From Macrostomum hystrix (lineage: Eukaryota; Animalia; Platyhelminthes): a stretch of 64,000 nucleotides of DNA. Below the pieces are notes generated by a model. It made no database searches, was not told where the DNA came from, and worked only from the letters and a program-made list of their open reading frames with translations. How positions within the stretch are numbered: the stretch's first letter is position 1; each line of letters starts with the position of its first letter. Both the position numbers and the translations under genes were made by a program. Positions 11,447-26,900 of the stretch are shown here, one piece after another. The DNA is taken from contig CATNEN010000033.1 of assembly GCA_950097015.1 (NCBI GenBank), positions 1,178,001 to 1,242,000 of the forward strand, in the 5' to 3' direction.

Positions 11447-14400
11447 ATGATGAGGAATCCAAACGCAGATCGATCACCTTCTAATGATGAGTTACCCCTG
11501 CCACCAGATGTGTGCGACTATCAGCATCAAATAACTGGCTATGGCAACATGCTGCCCAACAAAATTGGTGAGTCAGCTTGCCAGCAATTTTTTGCATTGT
11601 TTTCGATATAATTCATGCTCATTTACTAGCCCATTCGAATGCAATTGCAGGTCCCGATCCGCTGGGACAATGTAAGTAATTTTATTACTCATTTCAAAAG
11701 CCGTAAAAGACGCCAGTCGGCAAACTCATTGTCCTGGATATTGTTTTCCATTTGAGCTGCGGTCCTTGGCCCTAAACAAATTACTGGGTCCGTACTGTAC
11801 ACTGGGTGCACAGGGGGGAGACAAAAATAGACTTCAGCAACTGCACCGAGTCAGGCCCAGGGTTAAGCTTGCAGTAAACAAGTTTAGGCGCAAAACTGAA
11901 CAGCTGCGGACTACAGCACTAAATGTGCTAGCTGGCATCATACGCTCGCATGTGAGGAGCAGTTGGAGGTGTTAATTAATATATTTCATATTAACTGTAC
12001 TTTACCAATGCAATCCGAAACTAACCGTATACATTTAACTTCTCTCGATTCTCTACTTTGCTTAGCCTCTTTTTTAGTCCAAGCAACTGCGAACATTGTC
12101 TGCATGCTAACACTCAGTTATTTATGTAGGCGAAGAAGCGAAAATTTGGACTCGAAAAGTTCCAAGGAAAGCGAGACCCATGTAATCGAGTCGTAATATA
12201 CTCTTTCGAGAATTGTAGACATGTAGACTATTTTGAGACTATGTAGAAATTTCAGCTCGCACTCTGAGAATTACATTTCATTGTTTCTGCGGTCGACACG
12301 CGCAGTTTTCTTGTGACCCGTTTCGATTAGTTCAGGGGTAGGCAAACTTAATTAGCGTGCGGGCCACGGAGAGAACCTAAAAGACGACAGCGGGCCGGAT
12401 TAACTGTAGGAATATGAGAAAGGGGTGAGATGAGACACGGGATAGATGAGACAGGGAAGAGATGAGACAGGGAAGAGATGAGACACGGGATAGATGAGAC
12501 AGGGGAGGGATGAGTCAGAGATGAGACGGGAGAGATGAGACGGGAGAGATGAGACGGGAGAGATGAGACGGGAGAGATGAGACGGGAGAGATGAGACGGG
12601 AGAGATGAGACACGGGAGATATGAGACACGGGAGAGATGAGACAGTGTATATAGATGAGACAGGAGAGATGAGACAGGAGAGAGACTGGAGACAAGGGAG
12701 AGATGAGACTCTCCACCTCGAGATGAGAGAGATGAGACAGGATACTATAGGTGTTGGAAGGGGCAATGGGCCGGAATTGAGAGCTTCGAGGGCCGCATCT
12801 GGCCCGCGGGTCGGAGCTTGCCGACCCCTGGACTATATTAATTGTCAAGCCACAAGTCAGCGATCCGTGTGGATTTTTCCTAGTGAGAAAATTTCTTACA
12901 ATTGGACAATATAGCTCGGATAATGGATAATGACCAAGAGTCTTTTGCTGAGGTGATATATTACCGAGATATGCGAATTTCGGTTTCACAGATAACATTG
13001 CCACCTACCCAGTCTCACTCACAAGATTATGCAGGTCGCAAGACATTTAAATCTATTTCACAAGTGTTAGTAACAATGCACTGACAAGATAGGAGTTGAA
13101 TGGACTAGTACTATAGCCTTTTCACCTGTCATAATTTTTTAGCGGCAAGCAAGTTTCGCATTGTAACTCCACCTCTTAATAGCCTATTTTTGACTCATGG
13201 ATGAATAATAGCTGGTGTCTTGTCGTATCTTTTCTGCATGGGTCTTAACCCATGTCGAAACATTGTTTGTCAATGAAAAATTTGTAGAATTAGAATTAGC
13301 TGACATAGAAACACGGCTTTTTTTCTATTAAGAGTTGATTGACAACTCGCTAAATAAAATATTTGCACTCGATAAAAATAAACAAATATTCTATGAATAA
13401 TTGCAGTCGGTGATGGGGTGAAATTTCTAATACAAGTCCCAAAGTAAACACTCTGCACTTCTTTAAGGTTGAAGGTCACGTGTTTGGATCGAGTTTATTT
13501 GACTTGGTATGCTGAATATTCCGACAAAATAGCAATCTACTTGCCGTAACAAATCTCATTGCAGTTCTTTACTCGCCAGCGGACCGCTGCGTCTACAAGC
13601 CAATCCAGGAGGCGCCCAAAGGCCCGCGAGAAGTGGCCTTCTACGAGGCCGTGTTCAAATCAACGACGCAACACTCACAGCTGCGAGACAAGCTGCATCA
13701 GCTGTCTGCGCTGCGCAAATTCCTGCCAGGATATCTTGGCGTGCACCACAACCCAATGACCGGCCAGCGTTATATTCGCCTACACGACCTTCTGGACGGC
13801 TTCGCTCTGCCATCTATCATGGACATCAAAATGGGCGTTCAAAGACACGAGCCGAGGTGCAATTGTGTAGTGGAACGGCCAGATAGGTAGGCACGCCATT
13901 GTGTCATTAGCAATTCTATATCGCAACTCCAGTAAAAATTCTGGGTCGTAGCTACAGTCTTTCAGAAGTTAAAAAACCACGAAGCGGTTTCTCTTCACCA
14001 GGTATGCGTACCGGCAGCAGACGGGCTTCTTTGTCACCGGGATGCGCCTCTGGCACGAAGAGACCGGCAGCTATGAGCTGCGCGGCAAGCGCAATGGCCG
14101 CGAAGTGACACCGGAAAACATGCGCACGGCCGTGCTGCATCCGCTGCTGTCTTCGGCCCCATCTGCTCACCGGCTGGAGCTGGTCCGCCAGCTGCTGGCC
14201 GGTCTAGAAGAACTCCGTCAGTGGTTCGAATCGCAGCGCGCGTGCCATTTCTACGCTAGTTCAATCCTACTGGGCGTGGAGTGCAGCCTCCAGTGCGAGC
14301 CTGCGGTGCTAGTCCGCATGGTGGATTTCACGCACGTGGTGCCGGCCGAGGCCGACTTACCGGATGTGGGCTTTCTGTTGGGCCTCGGAAATCTGACCTG

Positions 14401-14464
14401 GATCTGTCGGGAGTTCGAGCGCGACCTGCTGCAGGCGTCGTTCGCTGACAAAGCTGGTCCTTAG
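11447..14464 (+). CDS. IPMK: Inositol polyphosphate multikinase (IPK family), ~308 aa
   Basis: join(11447..11567,11651..11671,13565..13886,14002..14464); 927 nt, phases consistent. Motifs HQITG...KPIQEAPKGPREVAFYE, PSIMDIKMG (PxxxDxKxG), GFFVTGMR, FYASSILL (SSLL), VRMVDFTHV (IDF). The 13886 donor is the least certain junction. Confidence 0.88.
12333..12830. mobile_element. hAT-superfamily MITE in IPMK intron 2
   Basis: Terminal inverted repeats caggggtaggcaaac ... gcttgccgacccctg; the flanking 8-mers gattagtt and gactatat both have a central TA (5/8 match, degenerate TSD). Interior holds a (gagatgagacggga)n-type repeat at ~12420..12745. Confidence 0.72.
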
Positions 14465-15065
14465 ATCGGAAACTGTTCCTATTGGCGACAACTGACTGTC
14501 AGAGTACGTGCTTGGCCGTGCGAGTATTCAATACTAAAAGTTGTAGACGATAAAAATCATAGGTTTCTTTCAGTATTTTCGAAAATTTTCTGTTTTTTTT
14601 AATAAGCACACTCGTATGCTTTTTGAAGCAATTCCATTTTTCATAGTTTGTTCCTGTCAAGAAAAGAGAAAATTAGGCTGTTGTAATGGACGAGTGCATT
14701 TGACAAGTATTTTATCCGGAAATCTTATGTGCTAATATTTAAAAGCAACATGTACAAAAACATTTTATTATCCAGTATCTGTAAAATGTATCTCTGAAAG
14801 CCTATTTTGGTGCAGCGAATTCATCTTCAATTCATTTTTAGACGGCTAATATAGCTTTACATTATCGTTTTGCGCGGTACGCGTAATAGACTATCAACCA
14901 TAAAAAATATTTTTTTCAGGACCTATTAATTTAAAATCTAATTCCAGACTCTATCAATTAACCACATATGCGATACAAATATAAACTAATATTTTTGTGC
15001 TTTCATCGCTTATTGACCATATTACATTTTTGGTCACCTTTTAACACCTTATGTAAGATTATTTC

Positions 15066-15073
15066 TGTCTGTA

Positions 15074-15108
<35 letters not shown>

Positions 15109-15683
15109 GCTGGGTGTCTGCCTGTGCTGGGTGTCTGTCTGTGCTGGGTGTCTGTCTGTCTGTCTGTGCTGTGTGTCTGTCTGTCTGTGCTGGGTGTCTG
15201 TCTGTCTGTCTGTGCTGTGCTGTGTGTCTGTCTGTCTGTGCTGGGTGTCTGTCTGTCTGTCTGTGCTGAGTGTCTGTCTGTGCTGGGTGTCTGTCTGTGC
15301 TGGGTGTCTGTCTGTGCTGGGTGTCTGTCTGTGCTGGGTGTCTGTCTGTGCTGGGTGTCTGTGCTGGGTGTCTGTCTGTGCTGGGTGTCTGTGCTAGGTG
15401 TCTGTCTGTGCTGGGTGTCTGTCTGTGCTGGGTATCTGTCTGTGCTGGGTGTCTGTCTGTGCTGGGTGTCTGTCTGTGCTGGGTGTCTGTGCTGGGTGTC
15501 TGTCTGTGCTGGGTGTCTGTCTGTGCTGGGTGTCTGTCTGTGCTGGGTGTCTGTCTGTGCCGGGTGTCTGTCTGTGCTGGGTGTCTGTCTGTGCTGGGTG
15601 TCTGTCTGTGCTGGGTGTCTGTCTGTGCTGGGTGTCTGTCTGTGCTGGGTGTCTGTCTGTGCTGGGTGTCTGTCTGTGCTGGG

Positions 15684-15722
<39 letters not shown>
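15066..15722. repeat. Minisatellite, 17-bp unit (gtgtctgtctgtgctgg), bracketed by (tgtc)n
   Basis: Direct periodicity; the 17-aa repeat in the ORF track equals three units. Confidence 0.95.
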
Positions 15723-18071
15723 GAATATGTTTATGACAACATGAAGACATAATATGTTCATAATTTTGTTAAGTAGTGCAGATTACCAAAAAAAATTCAG
15801 TAGTTAAGTCAGAGTTTAATGGTAAATAAAGGGGCATGTAAAGGGTACCCGCTTAACTGATAGAGAACGATAGGAAGCGGAGAGGTGAGCGTTTTGTGGG
15901 TTCTTTAATGAGTCGTCCCCACTTGATCCCGCAATCACGTGCTAGAATCTCTATTACACGAGGCATGAGAAAAAATAATAAAAACGTGAAACTGGGGAAA
16001 ATTTCCAACAAGTTTATTATTGCTCGAATAACCGCGCTTCGTTGTTCAAGACGGATAAAAAAAGAAGAAATGTGCATATAATTGTGCTAAAAATACATTA
16101 ACATTAATACTATAAAGGTGTTCTAAGATCAAATAGGAGAACCAAGTTGTGTTTAATGGGCAACTCCGTTCAACCGGAGACCAGTAGTTGCATTAATTGC
16201 AGTAGAATGTTAAAGTAACCCTGGTAACAACCTGAGGAAACAACCAGTGGAATAATTAAAGTTATAAATATCCCTGGCACATACGTAGATCAAGAACAAT
16301 TTAGTTAGTTAAAAAGTTGACAGTCTTTGTTTTCGTCTTCTAGCACGATAATAACACAGTGCGAGTTTAATCGTTAAAAAAAGTCGCTCGAATTTAATCT
16401 CGCGTTTCTCTTGGAATATTCTTTGTTTGTTAAGTTATTGACTGAACTGTTGATGCAAGCGTTTGATAATTATCTTGTATTTCAGCAGCCTTATCACGTA
16501 CAATTAGCAGCCCTCTAACGCCCCAGATTCTTTGGTGTGGGCATTCTTTAGTTTTTAGTTAATCTTTAGATTAGTTTTTAGATTAATACTTAAATTAGTC
16601 TTTGGTCGTTAGATTAATCTTTAGATTAGTCTTTAGATTATTCCCTCGATTATTCTTTAGAATAATCTTTTAGATCTAGTTAATGTTTGTATTAATTTTG
16701 TAGATTAATTCTTTAAAATTCTTTATATTGTTAATTTGACTCCCTAGCCTAGCTAGGTCCCCTATTTTTATTTCGTTGGTAATTATAGAATCGGATCAGG
16801 TAGCCAAGATGCGTAACATTTTTGCAAACATTGCTCCTCTTTTCGGGAGCAAACCTTACTGTTCTAGTCTCGATATTTAGCTCCAGAAAAAGTAGACAAG
16901 CTGTTATCACAAAATTTAACACTAGTATAAAGGGCACGCCAAATGCAGATTCTCGTTGTTTAATTAATTTCACAGTTTTTGACAAATTAAGTCAGTAGCT
17001 TGATAGCCCTTTGCTGTGTTGCTTTGATGAGCTAATTTATTTGATATCGAATCATTTTTTAGCTCTCTCTATGAATATCTATGGAAAACTGAAACTGATT
17101 TTGTCATATATTGCAAACTGAAAATGATTTTTCAGCTTTTAAGAAGTGGCCGAGTTCTGCCAGTAGGCCTAGGGGAAGAATAAAATAAGAAACTCAGGTT
17201 GGTGATAAAGATGCAGAGTGGTGCTAAACTAGTTTTGTATAAAACTCCAGCCTACCACCAATACTCCTGAGTCAATTGCAAAATTTTTTTGCTAATGCTG
17301 TATTGATTTTCTAGCTGTAAATTAAAACATTTTTGTCTCTTGTTTGACACCAAGCTTGTTGGAAACAGTTAATCTATTTCATTCACTGTGTTAATTATTG
17401 GAACTATTTCTTGACAGCCCTTAACATTTTCATAATAATAGAATATTTATAACCATAAAAGTCTAGCACTTATGTGAATACATTTTAATAACAATGCCTT
17501 TTGCTTTCAAATAGAAAGTTAAGTTGAAAGAATAATTTTGTTTATTTAGCTATAATGTATCCATATCCAAGTATCTATGAGGATGTTGCATAATGAAAAG
17601 CATAATACAAAATACAAAAAACAAACAATAAATATACAAATTTATACTTCCTTAGTACATTCCTTAGCTGGGCCACATGTAAAATACTGCTAGTAGCATA
17701 GCCACAACCATTTTGTGGTGCTTCTAAAGGCTTCATAGCTTTCAGTTGATATATTTTGAAGCCTGGCACAACTAGCTGCCCAAATTTCTTACCCCATATA
17801 ATGTGTCCATAATTTATGGAAATTCAGCTTGGAAAATTGTCTTGCTCAAGGACACTGTAACTACTTTTCTAACCACCCCCTGTAATTCAAATTCTTTAAA
17901 GAAAATAATTCCATGCTGTTAACTTAAACTTTGTTTCTAATAAAAAACATCCATACACCTACTTATCAAAGATTGAAATTCAAGTGAATTATTTTTTAAA
18001 TATTTCTTTAGACAGTGCACTTCGACTTTTAAAAGATACATTTCAGACCTGTGCATTTCCAGCTATTTTAG

Positions 18072-19663
<1,592 letters not shown>

Positions 19664-19847
19664 ACATTGGCCACACTCTCAGAGTTGCTCTTTGTTTGTC
19701 TCCTTTACAATTGCGTTAAATGTAGTGATAAGGATGTCTTAAATAGCTAGCAATATTGTGCTTTTCTTAAGCTAAATCCGAATTTAATTTTAGCTAGCCG
19801 AACTGTTTAGATTTTGTTATTAGTCCGGTTCTCTTGATAAGGTCCCT

Positions 19848-20103
19848 GTTGCTATGCAGTCTGCATGGTGCCTAATCTATGGCCAAGTTCAGTTGCTATG
19901 CAGTCTGCATGGTGCCTAATCTATGGCCAAGTTCAGTTGCTATGCAGTCTGCATGGTGCCTAATCTATGGCCAAGTTCAGTTGCTATGCAGTCTGTATGG
20001 TGCCTAATCTATGGCCAAGTTCAGTTGCTATGCAGTCTGTATGGTGCCTAATCTATGGCCAAGTTCAGTTGCTATGCAGTCTGTATGGTGCCTAATCTAT
20101 GGC
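19848..20103. repeat. Tandem repeat, 44-bp unit, ~6 copies, downstream of Rho stop
   Basis: gttgctatgcagtctgcatggtgcctaatctatggccaagttca repeated. Confidence 0.95.
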
Positions 20104-20664
20104 TAACATCCCGCGGCACAAAGTGCAGGTCAATCTATTCCAACTAGTCGCTTGTTTGCAGGCAAGTAAGTTGCTTTCCTAAATTGTCACCGTGTCATTT
20201 CAGGGTCTTAAAATCGATGGACAGCTCGTGCAGTTTTAGTTTTCATTATTATTATCTTCAATGTTGCTTCTTTTACCTGCTTGATATTGCTTCTCCTCCC
20301 CGCTGCTTTAGCAACAGCCATCTAGGCTTTTTTATTCGTGTTGTGCAACGAAAATTTTATTTCGAATTCTGCTTGCTGTCTTCAGACACGATCTTTCGAG
20401 TAGGATTTCCGCTTAGGCAGTGCTTTTCTAGTTTCTAGTATTCTACCACGATTTTATTAGCCGCGTTGCTAATTTCAGCGGCCATAAATGTTTTACCTTT
20501 TGCTTCTTGCGTCATTAAACCCAACGTGGTTGACTGTTGATTAAGAATCTCTTGGCACTGAAGCTTATTTCAATGGCAGACGAGTCCCTACCCATAGTAG
20601 CACTGGGGTTACCATTGTGTTAAAGCAGGAACTGTACACCAGCTCCCCGAACAAAATATGTACC

Positions 20665-21468
20665 TAGAATCGCAGCTGGATCCGCAGCTAGAATCGCAGC
20701 AGCATCCATAGCTAGAATCGCAGCTGGATCCGCAGCTAGAATCGCAGCCGGATCCGCAGCTAGAATCGCAGCAGCATCCATAGCTAGAATCGCAGCTGGA
20801 TCCGCAGCTAGAATCGCAGCCGGATCCATAGCTAGAATCGCAGCCGGATCCGCAGATAGAATCGCAGCAGCATCCATAGCTAGAATCGCAGCTGGATCCG
20901 CAGCTAGAATCGCAGCAGCATCCATAGCTAGAATCGCAGCTGGATCCGCAGCAAAATCGCAGCCGGATCCGCAGCTAGAATCGCAGCTGGATCCGCAGCT
21001 AGAATCGCAGCCGGATCCATAGCTAGAATCGCAGCTGTATCCGCAGCTAGAATCGCAGCTAGAATCGCAGCAGCATCCATAGCTAGAATCGCAGCCGGAT
21101 CCGCAGATAGAATCGCTGCTGGATCCGCAGCTAGAATCGCAGCTAGAATCGCAGCAGCATCCATAGCTAGAATCGCAGCAGCATCCATAGCTAGAATCGC
21201 AGCTGGATCCGCAGCTAGAATCGCAGCTAGAATCGCAGCAGCATCCATAGCTAGAATCGCAGCAGCATCCATAGCTAGAATCGCAGCTGGATCCGCAGCT
21301 AGAATCGCAGCTAGAATCGCAGCAGCATCCATAGCTAGAATCGCAGCTGGATCCGCAGCTAGAATCGCAGCTAGAATCGCAGCAGCATCCATAGCTAGAA
21401 TCGCAGCCGGATCCGCAGATAGAATCGCAGCAGCATCCATAGCTAGAATCGTAGCTAGAATCGCAGCG
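20665..21468. repeat. Minisatellite, 24-bp unit with 12-bp subunit (tagaatcgcagc-tggatccgcagc)
   Basis: Direct periodicity; explains the AAILAMD and CDSS ORFs. Confidence 0.95.
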
Positions 21469-22196
21469 GGAATTCAAATTACAGTAGCCATATCCCCAGT
21501 GCTAAGCGCATTGCTTGCAGTTTCAAGTATTCAGGTTGCACATCTTTCCTTACTGCTTAATCATTGCAAACCATAATGCAGCATGCACTTATAATTACAA
21601 TATTTAAGCAATTATGCCCTTCCTGTTTAGACACGGGCTTATTGGCATTATGCAACAGCCCGTTGACTGCAAAAACTGGCCGATTAACGCTTTTGTGAGC
21701 GCTGGCGTACGATCTCATGCATATGAAGATTAAAGCAATTAAACTAAAGCAATTTGTTAAATTAAAATCTCATTTCACAGTCAGAACTGTACGCCTGATG
21801 TTCGCAAAAGTTTGCGCTGCCTTGCTATGTTATTGTCTTATTATAGTCAGTATGTTATTTTAACTTTTGTCGCGGATTTAATGCAATATTATTCCTACTT
21901 ACTCTGAACTTGTTTGTCTACACAATTAATACGCTTCTATTCGTATTATCAGCTTTTAGAAGCAGACCATTTTGGCAATAGCTGATAGTTTTTGTGACTG
22001 GTCATGCTTACATTTTATCGATTCTGTTGTAAACTGATTAGTCTGACACTGACGCCTATTTAAATGGGTTAAACAAAGAATAAACAATTTTACTCGCTCT
22101 ATTTTCGCTATCAGGTGGCGCCTGAATTAATATTGTCGCGTAAGCTAACATTTGATGGACTACCTGTTTGCCAAGTACTTTAATGTGCGGTGGTAT

Positions 22197-22580
22197 AAGT
22201 ACACAGGAGAACACCAATGCATCCTGACACTCGTGGATAAAAGTGCACAGGAGAACACCAATGCATCCTGACACTCGTGGATATAAGTACACAGGAGAAC
22301 ACCAATGCATCCTGACACTCGTGGATATAAGTACACAGGAGAACACCAATGCATCCTGACACTCGTGGATATAAGTACACAGGAGAACACCAATGCATCC
22401 TGACACTCGTGGATAAAAGTGCACAGGAGAACACCAATGCATCCTGACACTCGTGGATATAAGTACACAGGAGAACACCAATGCATCCTGACACTCGTGG
22501 ATATAAGTACACAGGAGAACACCAATGCATCCTGACACTCGTGGATATAAGTACACAGGAGAACACCAATGCATCCTGAC
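22197..22580. repeat. Tandem repeat, 44-bp unit, ~8-9 copies
   Basis: aagtacacaggagaacaccaatgcatcctgacactcgtggatat repeated. Confidence 0.95.
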
Positions 22581-25500
22581 AACAGCTTGTTGTGGCTACA
22601 GCTAGGCCTTCGTGACTTTGAAAATTATCTTAAAAATACCCTTAAACCCGGCACGAACAGCTTTTATTTGTTTAGCAAGTGAATAAAGCCGTATTCTGCG
22701 CACACAATGCGCAGCAGTAACGAGCTAAGTGCGCCATCATTTAAACAACGTATAATTCAGACTGCAACCGGCTTTGAACCCTTCCCTAGCTTGACCTTTC
22801 ACTTGCAATCTCCACCACCCTTGAACATCTGCCCTAACCGAACCCGCCGCCAGTCTCGTGGCTTTAGTCAGGCGGGTACGCCTACGCGTTATAGGTGAAA
22901 ACGCTGATTAAGACAGGCTAAAGCTGTACTATTTACTGTGAATTTAGGAGTGCTACAGGTATTTATCTGCACTCGTTTTTGGCACTCATATGTCGTCATA
23001 ACAAACCGTGTTAGAGGGTTAAATAACACGCCATGTATACCTATGCATATAATAATTTTACTATGGAAGTCAATTGCTCTAAAGAAATTCGTTCTATTTA
23101 TAGAAAATCTACAATATTTTTACTCGTTGCTCTCGCTTAACGAGTATAATGTTATTGAAAACCACTGTTGAATTTGTTTTTTCTCGGTTTTTCTCGAAGT
23201 TAAATGTCATTTAACTTATCGACTTCTGCGGTTTCGTATAATTATTTAAAATTGTTAGAGTACTACTGTAAGTAGACGTCAATGTACATCGCGCCACCCT
23301 AGCTTATTTTCTACGCGTGTTTCAATGTTAACTACCCCGGCCAATGAGCGTGCGAGCTCTTTCTGGCTAGATTTATCGATCGCTCTGTTTATCCTGCGGG
23401 CGAGTTTATTTAACTAGGGCTCCTGAGCCCGCTCGCGCCTCACTTCTCCTGCGCCTGCTCCTGTCACTTTTCTTCTCTTCTTCGCTATTCCCTTCGCTCG
23501 CTGTCTCTCGTCCCGGCCACTGTTAATTGCACTGTTATTCGTCCTATCAATTTCGTCTTCGCTACTAGTTATTGTTACCATTGAGCTCCTACGCCTGACC
23601 AATCATTGCTTGTCGTAAGTCCCAGTGCGAATAAACGAGATCAATCTAAAGTGCTACCGCTACACTGATTACGAGAATTCTAACTAAAATTGGGATTGAG
23701 TTCGCCCGACTCTGTTGTCAGTAATTTCGTCACGCAATGCCAGTTTAATAACGTCACATACTATTTAGAGAGTATATAGAAATTCCTCTTCCGGAAAGTT
23801 GTTTCGGCATACAGAGGGGATTCAGACCAGAAAAGGTCAAGCAGCAAGCAAATTATGAGTAATCCGCTGCGCAATGCACCAGCGTATTGTGTCGATCATT
23901 TTTGCGAATTTCGGAAATGCCTTCTAAGCACCAGTGTGCAGGTTCGGCTAATTCAGCTTTTAGTAATAATTCAGGCTGCCTGCAACCTATAGCACAATGG
24001 CAAAAAATATTAAAAACACAAACGTGCTGCAGTGTGACATCCTCGCCACTACTATAATACAAAACATTAATGACTGAGACTTAGAAAATTGATCAGTGAG
24101 TAAGAGCAAGGCGATGGAAGGTGACTGTGTGAAAGCAGAATATCACAGGCCGAGCTGTACCTTGTTTTAACATATCAGCTGTGTAATATAACAATTTAAC
24201 ATATCATATTCACACCTTTAATATAGTGCTCCTTCCGACAGCCAGACAAATTAATGGCTTATACATCGCACTGATTACTTCTGCCTAGTTTGCATAAAAA
24301 CCCTAGTGTATACTTTTGGTGGCTTATCTTTAGTAGGTGTCTTTTTTTAATTAATTGGTTTATCGCAGATTTAAAAACTAGCGAAATTTGGGAGCGATAT
24401 ATCGAACTGATAAGAGAAAAGATCTGACAAGAAAGCCGAAAGGGTCGACTGCAGGAGTTCCGAATGAAAGTGGTGGTATAGCCGGTCGCAGAGCTGCTTT
24501 TTGCCGCCGGTTTCAGGAAGATCGCGAGCTAGACGATCTAGTTCCTTTTTGAGTTGCCTGCACTGGCTATTAGTTTACGTTTGCTATGAAAATGTTCTTG
24601 ATTAGTAAAAAAATATCCCGGAAGTTACCCATAAAAACGCAAGTGATGCGAATCCTATTGTATAAATCAAAGTGACTTTTATCAGTGTTATGATTCTCGT
24701 AAAAATAGTTGCAGTTATTTCTATTTGAGCCTTTGCGTAAGGTTCCTTAAATGTAGTATTTTTCCTCACAAAAGATTTAAAAACTATATTTAAATTAATT
24801 GACTCGTCCAAGTCACGAGATCGCCACGGCTCCGTCGCGTGAATGTGAATCTGTAGCACAAGCTTAGATAGAGGACTAGCTAATGTCTGTACATCTATAA
24901 ACATGAAGAGCTGTCTTTCATAATATAAATTATTATGCCAGATATTTTGTTAAGCGTAATTTTACTGGTTCTGCCTGCCCGTAGGCCTAGTGTTTGTCAC
25001 CATTAGTTGTATGCTTGAAGCTTGTCTGTACTTTGTCTGTACTTGGAATACTTTAGCCTACTTAAAATTCTGAATAAAAATTAATTTCACAGTTTAGGTG
25101 CAATAAAAATAATCGCCTTTTTCAACTTTTCTAGTTATTAGGGCCTATTCAATATTTAGGCCTATTGCAGCTGACCAGGCTTCAGGCATTGCCATTGGCA
25201 TGTCATCTGGCCAAATTCTACTGGTCTGACAGAGCGTAGCTTGGTTAGAGGTTAAACTGGGGGGTTGGGGGCTTGTGCATTGGTGCGGGGGTGCATGTAC
25301 GTTGCCTGGTCGCAGGGCTGCCCCCCCTTGGGGTCAGCCTTGCCCAGCCCTATTTAGTGTGGCGTGCTGTGCACTGGGGGTGTCTCTCTGAGAGGCTTAT
25401 TGATTTTTTGCATCAATGTTTCTGCTTTTGACAATGAATAGTGTTTTTTTAATTGCCTTTGTCTCGCTCATTAAATAAAATTTGAGTTAGCATAGGCCCC

Positions 25501-26874
25501 CTATTGATAATGCTTGATTCTCAAGGGCCAGGTTCAAACTTGCACCTGCCATGCCAACCGCCTGGCTTCAACTCACTGGTTTAATGCCCAGAGCTGCTAT
25601 AAACTATCATGCTGTGGACTCTGCAGGGACCCTGCAGGTGTTGATAGGGACAAGGGCCTTGGTTATAGTCCAGATCATGCTATGTGTATGCCAGAGAAAA
25701 TTGAACTGGGGCAACTGTATGCCAATGTATGCCAGAAGAAAATTTATGTCCTATTTTCTAGTACCAGTAACAGTACCAGTACATCCTATTAAAAATAAAA
25801 GTTAAAACTTTTAGGACATGATACGTCCTATATCCTAATAGGATGTGAATTTTTTTCACTTAGCAAATGTATACCAAAGGGAGCTGTATGTTAATGTAAA
25901 ATAAAGAAATTTTGAAATTCTAAGTAGAGTTATCTTTGTACAATATGCCCATGCTAGATGAGAACTACAATTGGCAGCCCTTCTTTTGGTCATGATAAAA
26001 ACCTGCATGTTCATATGAAATGCAAGCTGTTTTTAGACAGAAAAGTTACAAAACATTACCTTAAATATACTTTAATGTGGCATAGTTACTTTTTAATTTT
26101 AAAATGTTAACAGCAAAATTGTAACTAAAAAAGAATAGATAGTCATCAAAAGAAATCAACATTTAAATAAGGTTTTTAAATATCTAACACAAAATATCAT
26201 GCCAATGTTCAAATACCAATGTTTTTTCACTAGTTGTGTTTTACTTAACAAAGGATTTATGGTGTTCATGCCATTTTTTTAATGTAGCCTTACTTATTTT
26301 TGCATGCCATATTTTCATACCAATTTATATTTTGTATATTTATATTTATATTTATATTTAGTTATATTAACTTGTATGCTAGACATATTTTTGATAACAC
26401 TTATGTACCAATGTGTAAGCCAATATCTTTGACAGTTTATAATCCGGACTATGGGCCTTGGTATACATACCAACCATCTTTTTGACAATCTGCAAACACC
26501 TAGCTAGGCAGCCGACATGAAGCATGTCAAAGACCTTTACTTAAAGTGTGCAGAGCCTAGCCTACCCACTTTTTGCCACTTTGTGGTTAGGGCATTCTAG
26601 TATTATCATTTTATTCCCCAACAATTATCTATAAGATATCTACCATAGGTAGTAAGTAGTTTGACATTTTTTAACTGCTAGGCCTAAGCCAATAGGTCTA
26701 TGTAAAATTACATTTCTTAAAGTCCTTGTTAGACATGCTTAACAAGAGTTTGTAGCCTAGTGATTAGAGCATTGGACTTGGGCTAGCTACTACTTAAAAT
26801 TTAAGCCAAGTTTGTTTCTTCTAAATCCACTAGAATATTCAATTGACATATTTTCATATATTCTTGGTAGTTGT

Positions 26875-26900
26875 TATTTGTCCGGTTAACCGGACAAATA
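26875..26900. other. Perfect 26-bp palindrome
   Basis: tatttgtccggtt|aaccggacaaata; a related ggttaactggttaacc motif follows within ~40 bp. Confidence 0.9.

Noticed and set aside
11700-11712. ccgtaaaagacg resembling the start of a flatworm spliced leader as recalled
   Set aside because: Match is only ~12 nt, with no remaining leader, donor site or Sm-binding site.
16749-16985. Minus ORF with THLGYLI, resembling a reverse-transcriptase thumb motif
   Set aside because: Single short motif and no YADD block nearby.
19848-22580. CRISPR-like regular repeats
   Set aside because: Head-to-tail units without unique spacers, no cas genes and a eukaryotic context.
24443-24455. gtcgactgcag resembling a cloning polylinker
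   Set aside because: Two adjacent restriction sites only, with no other vector sequence.
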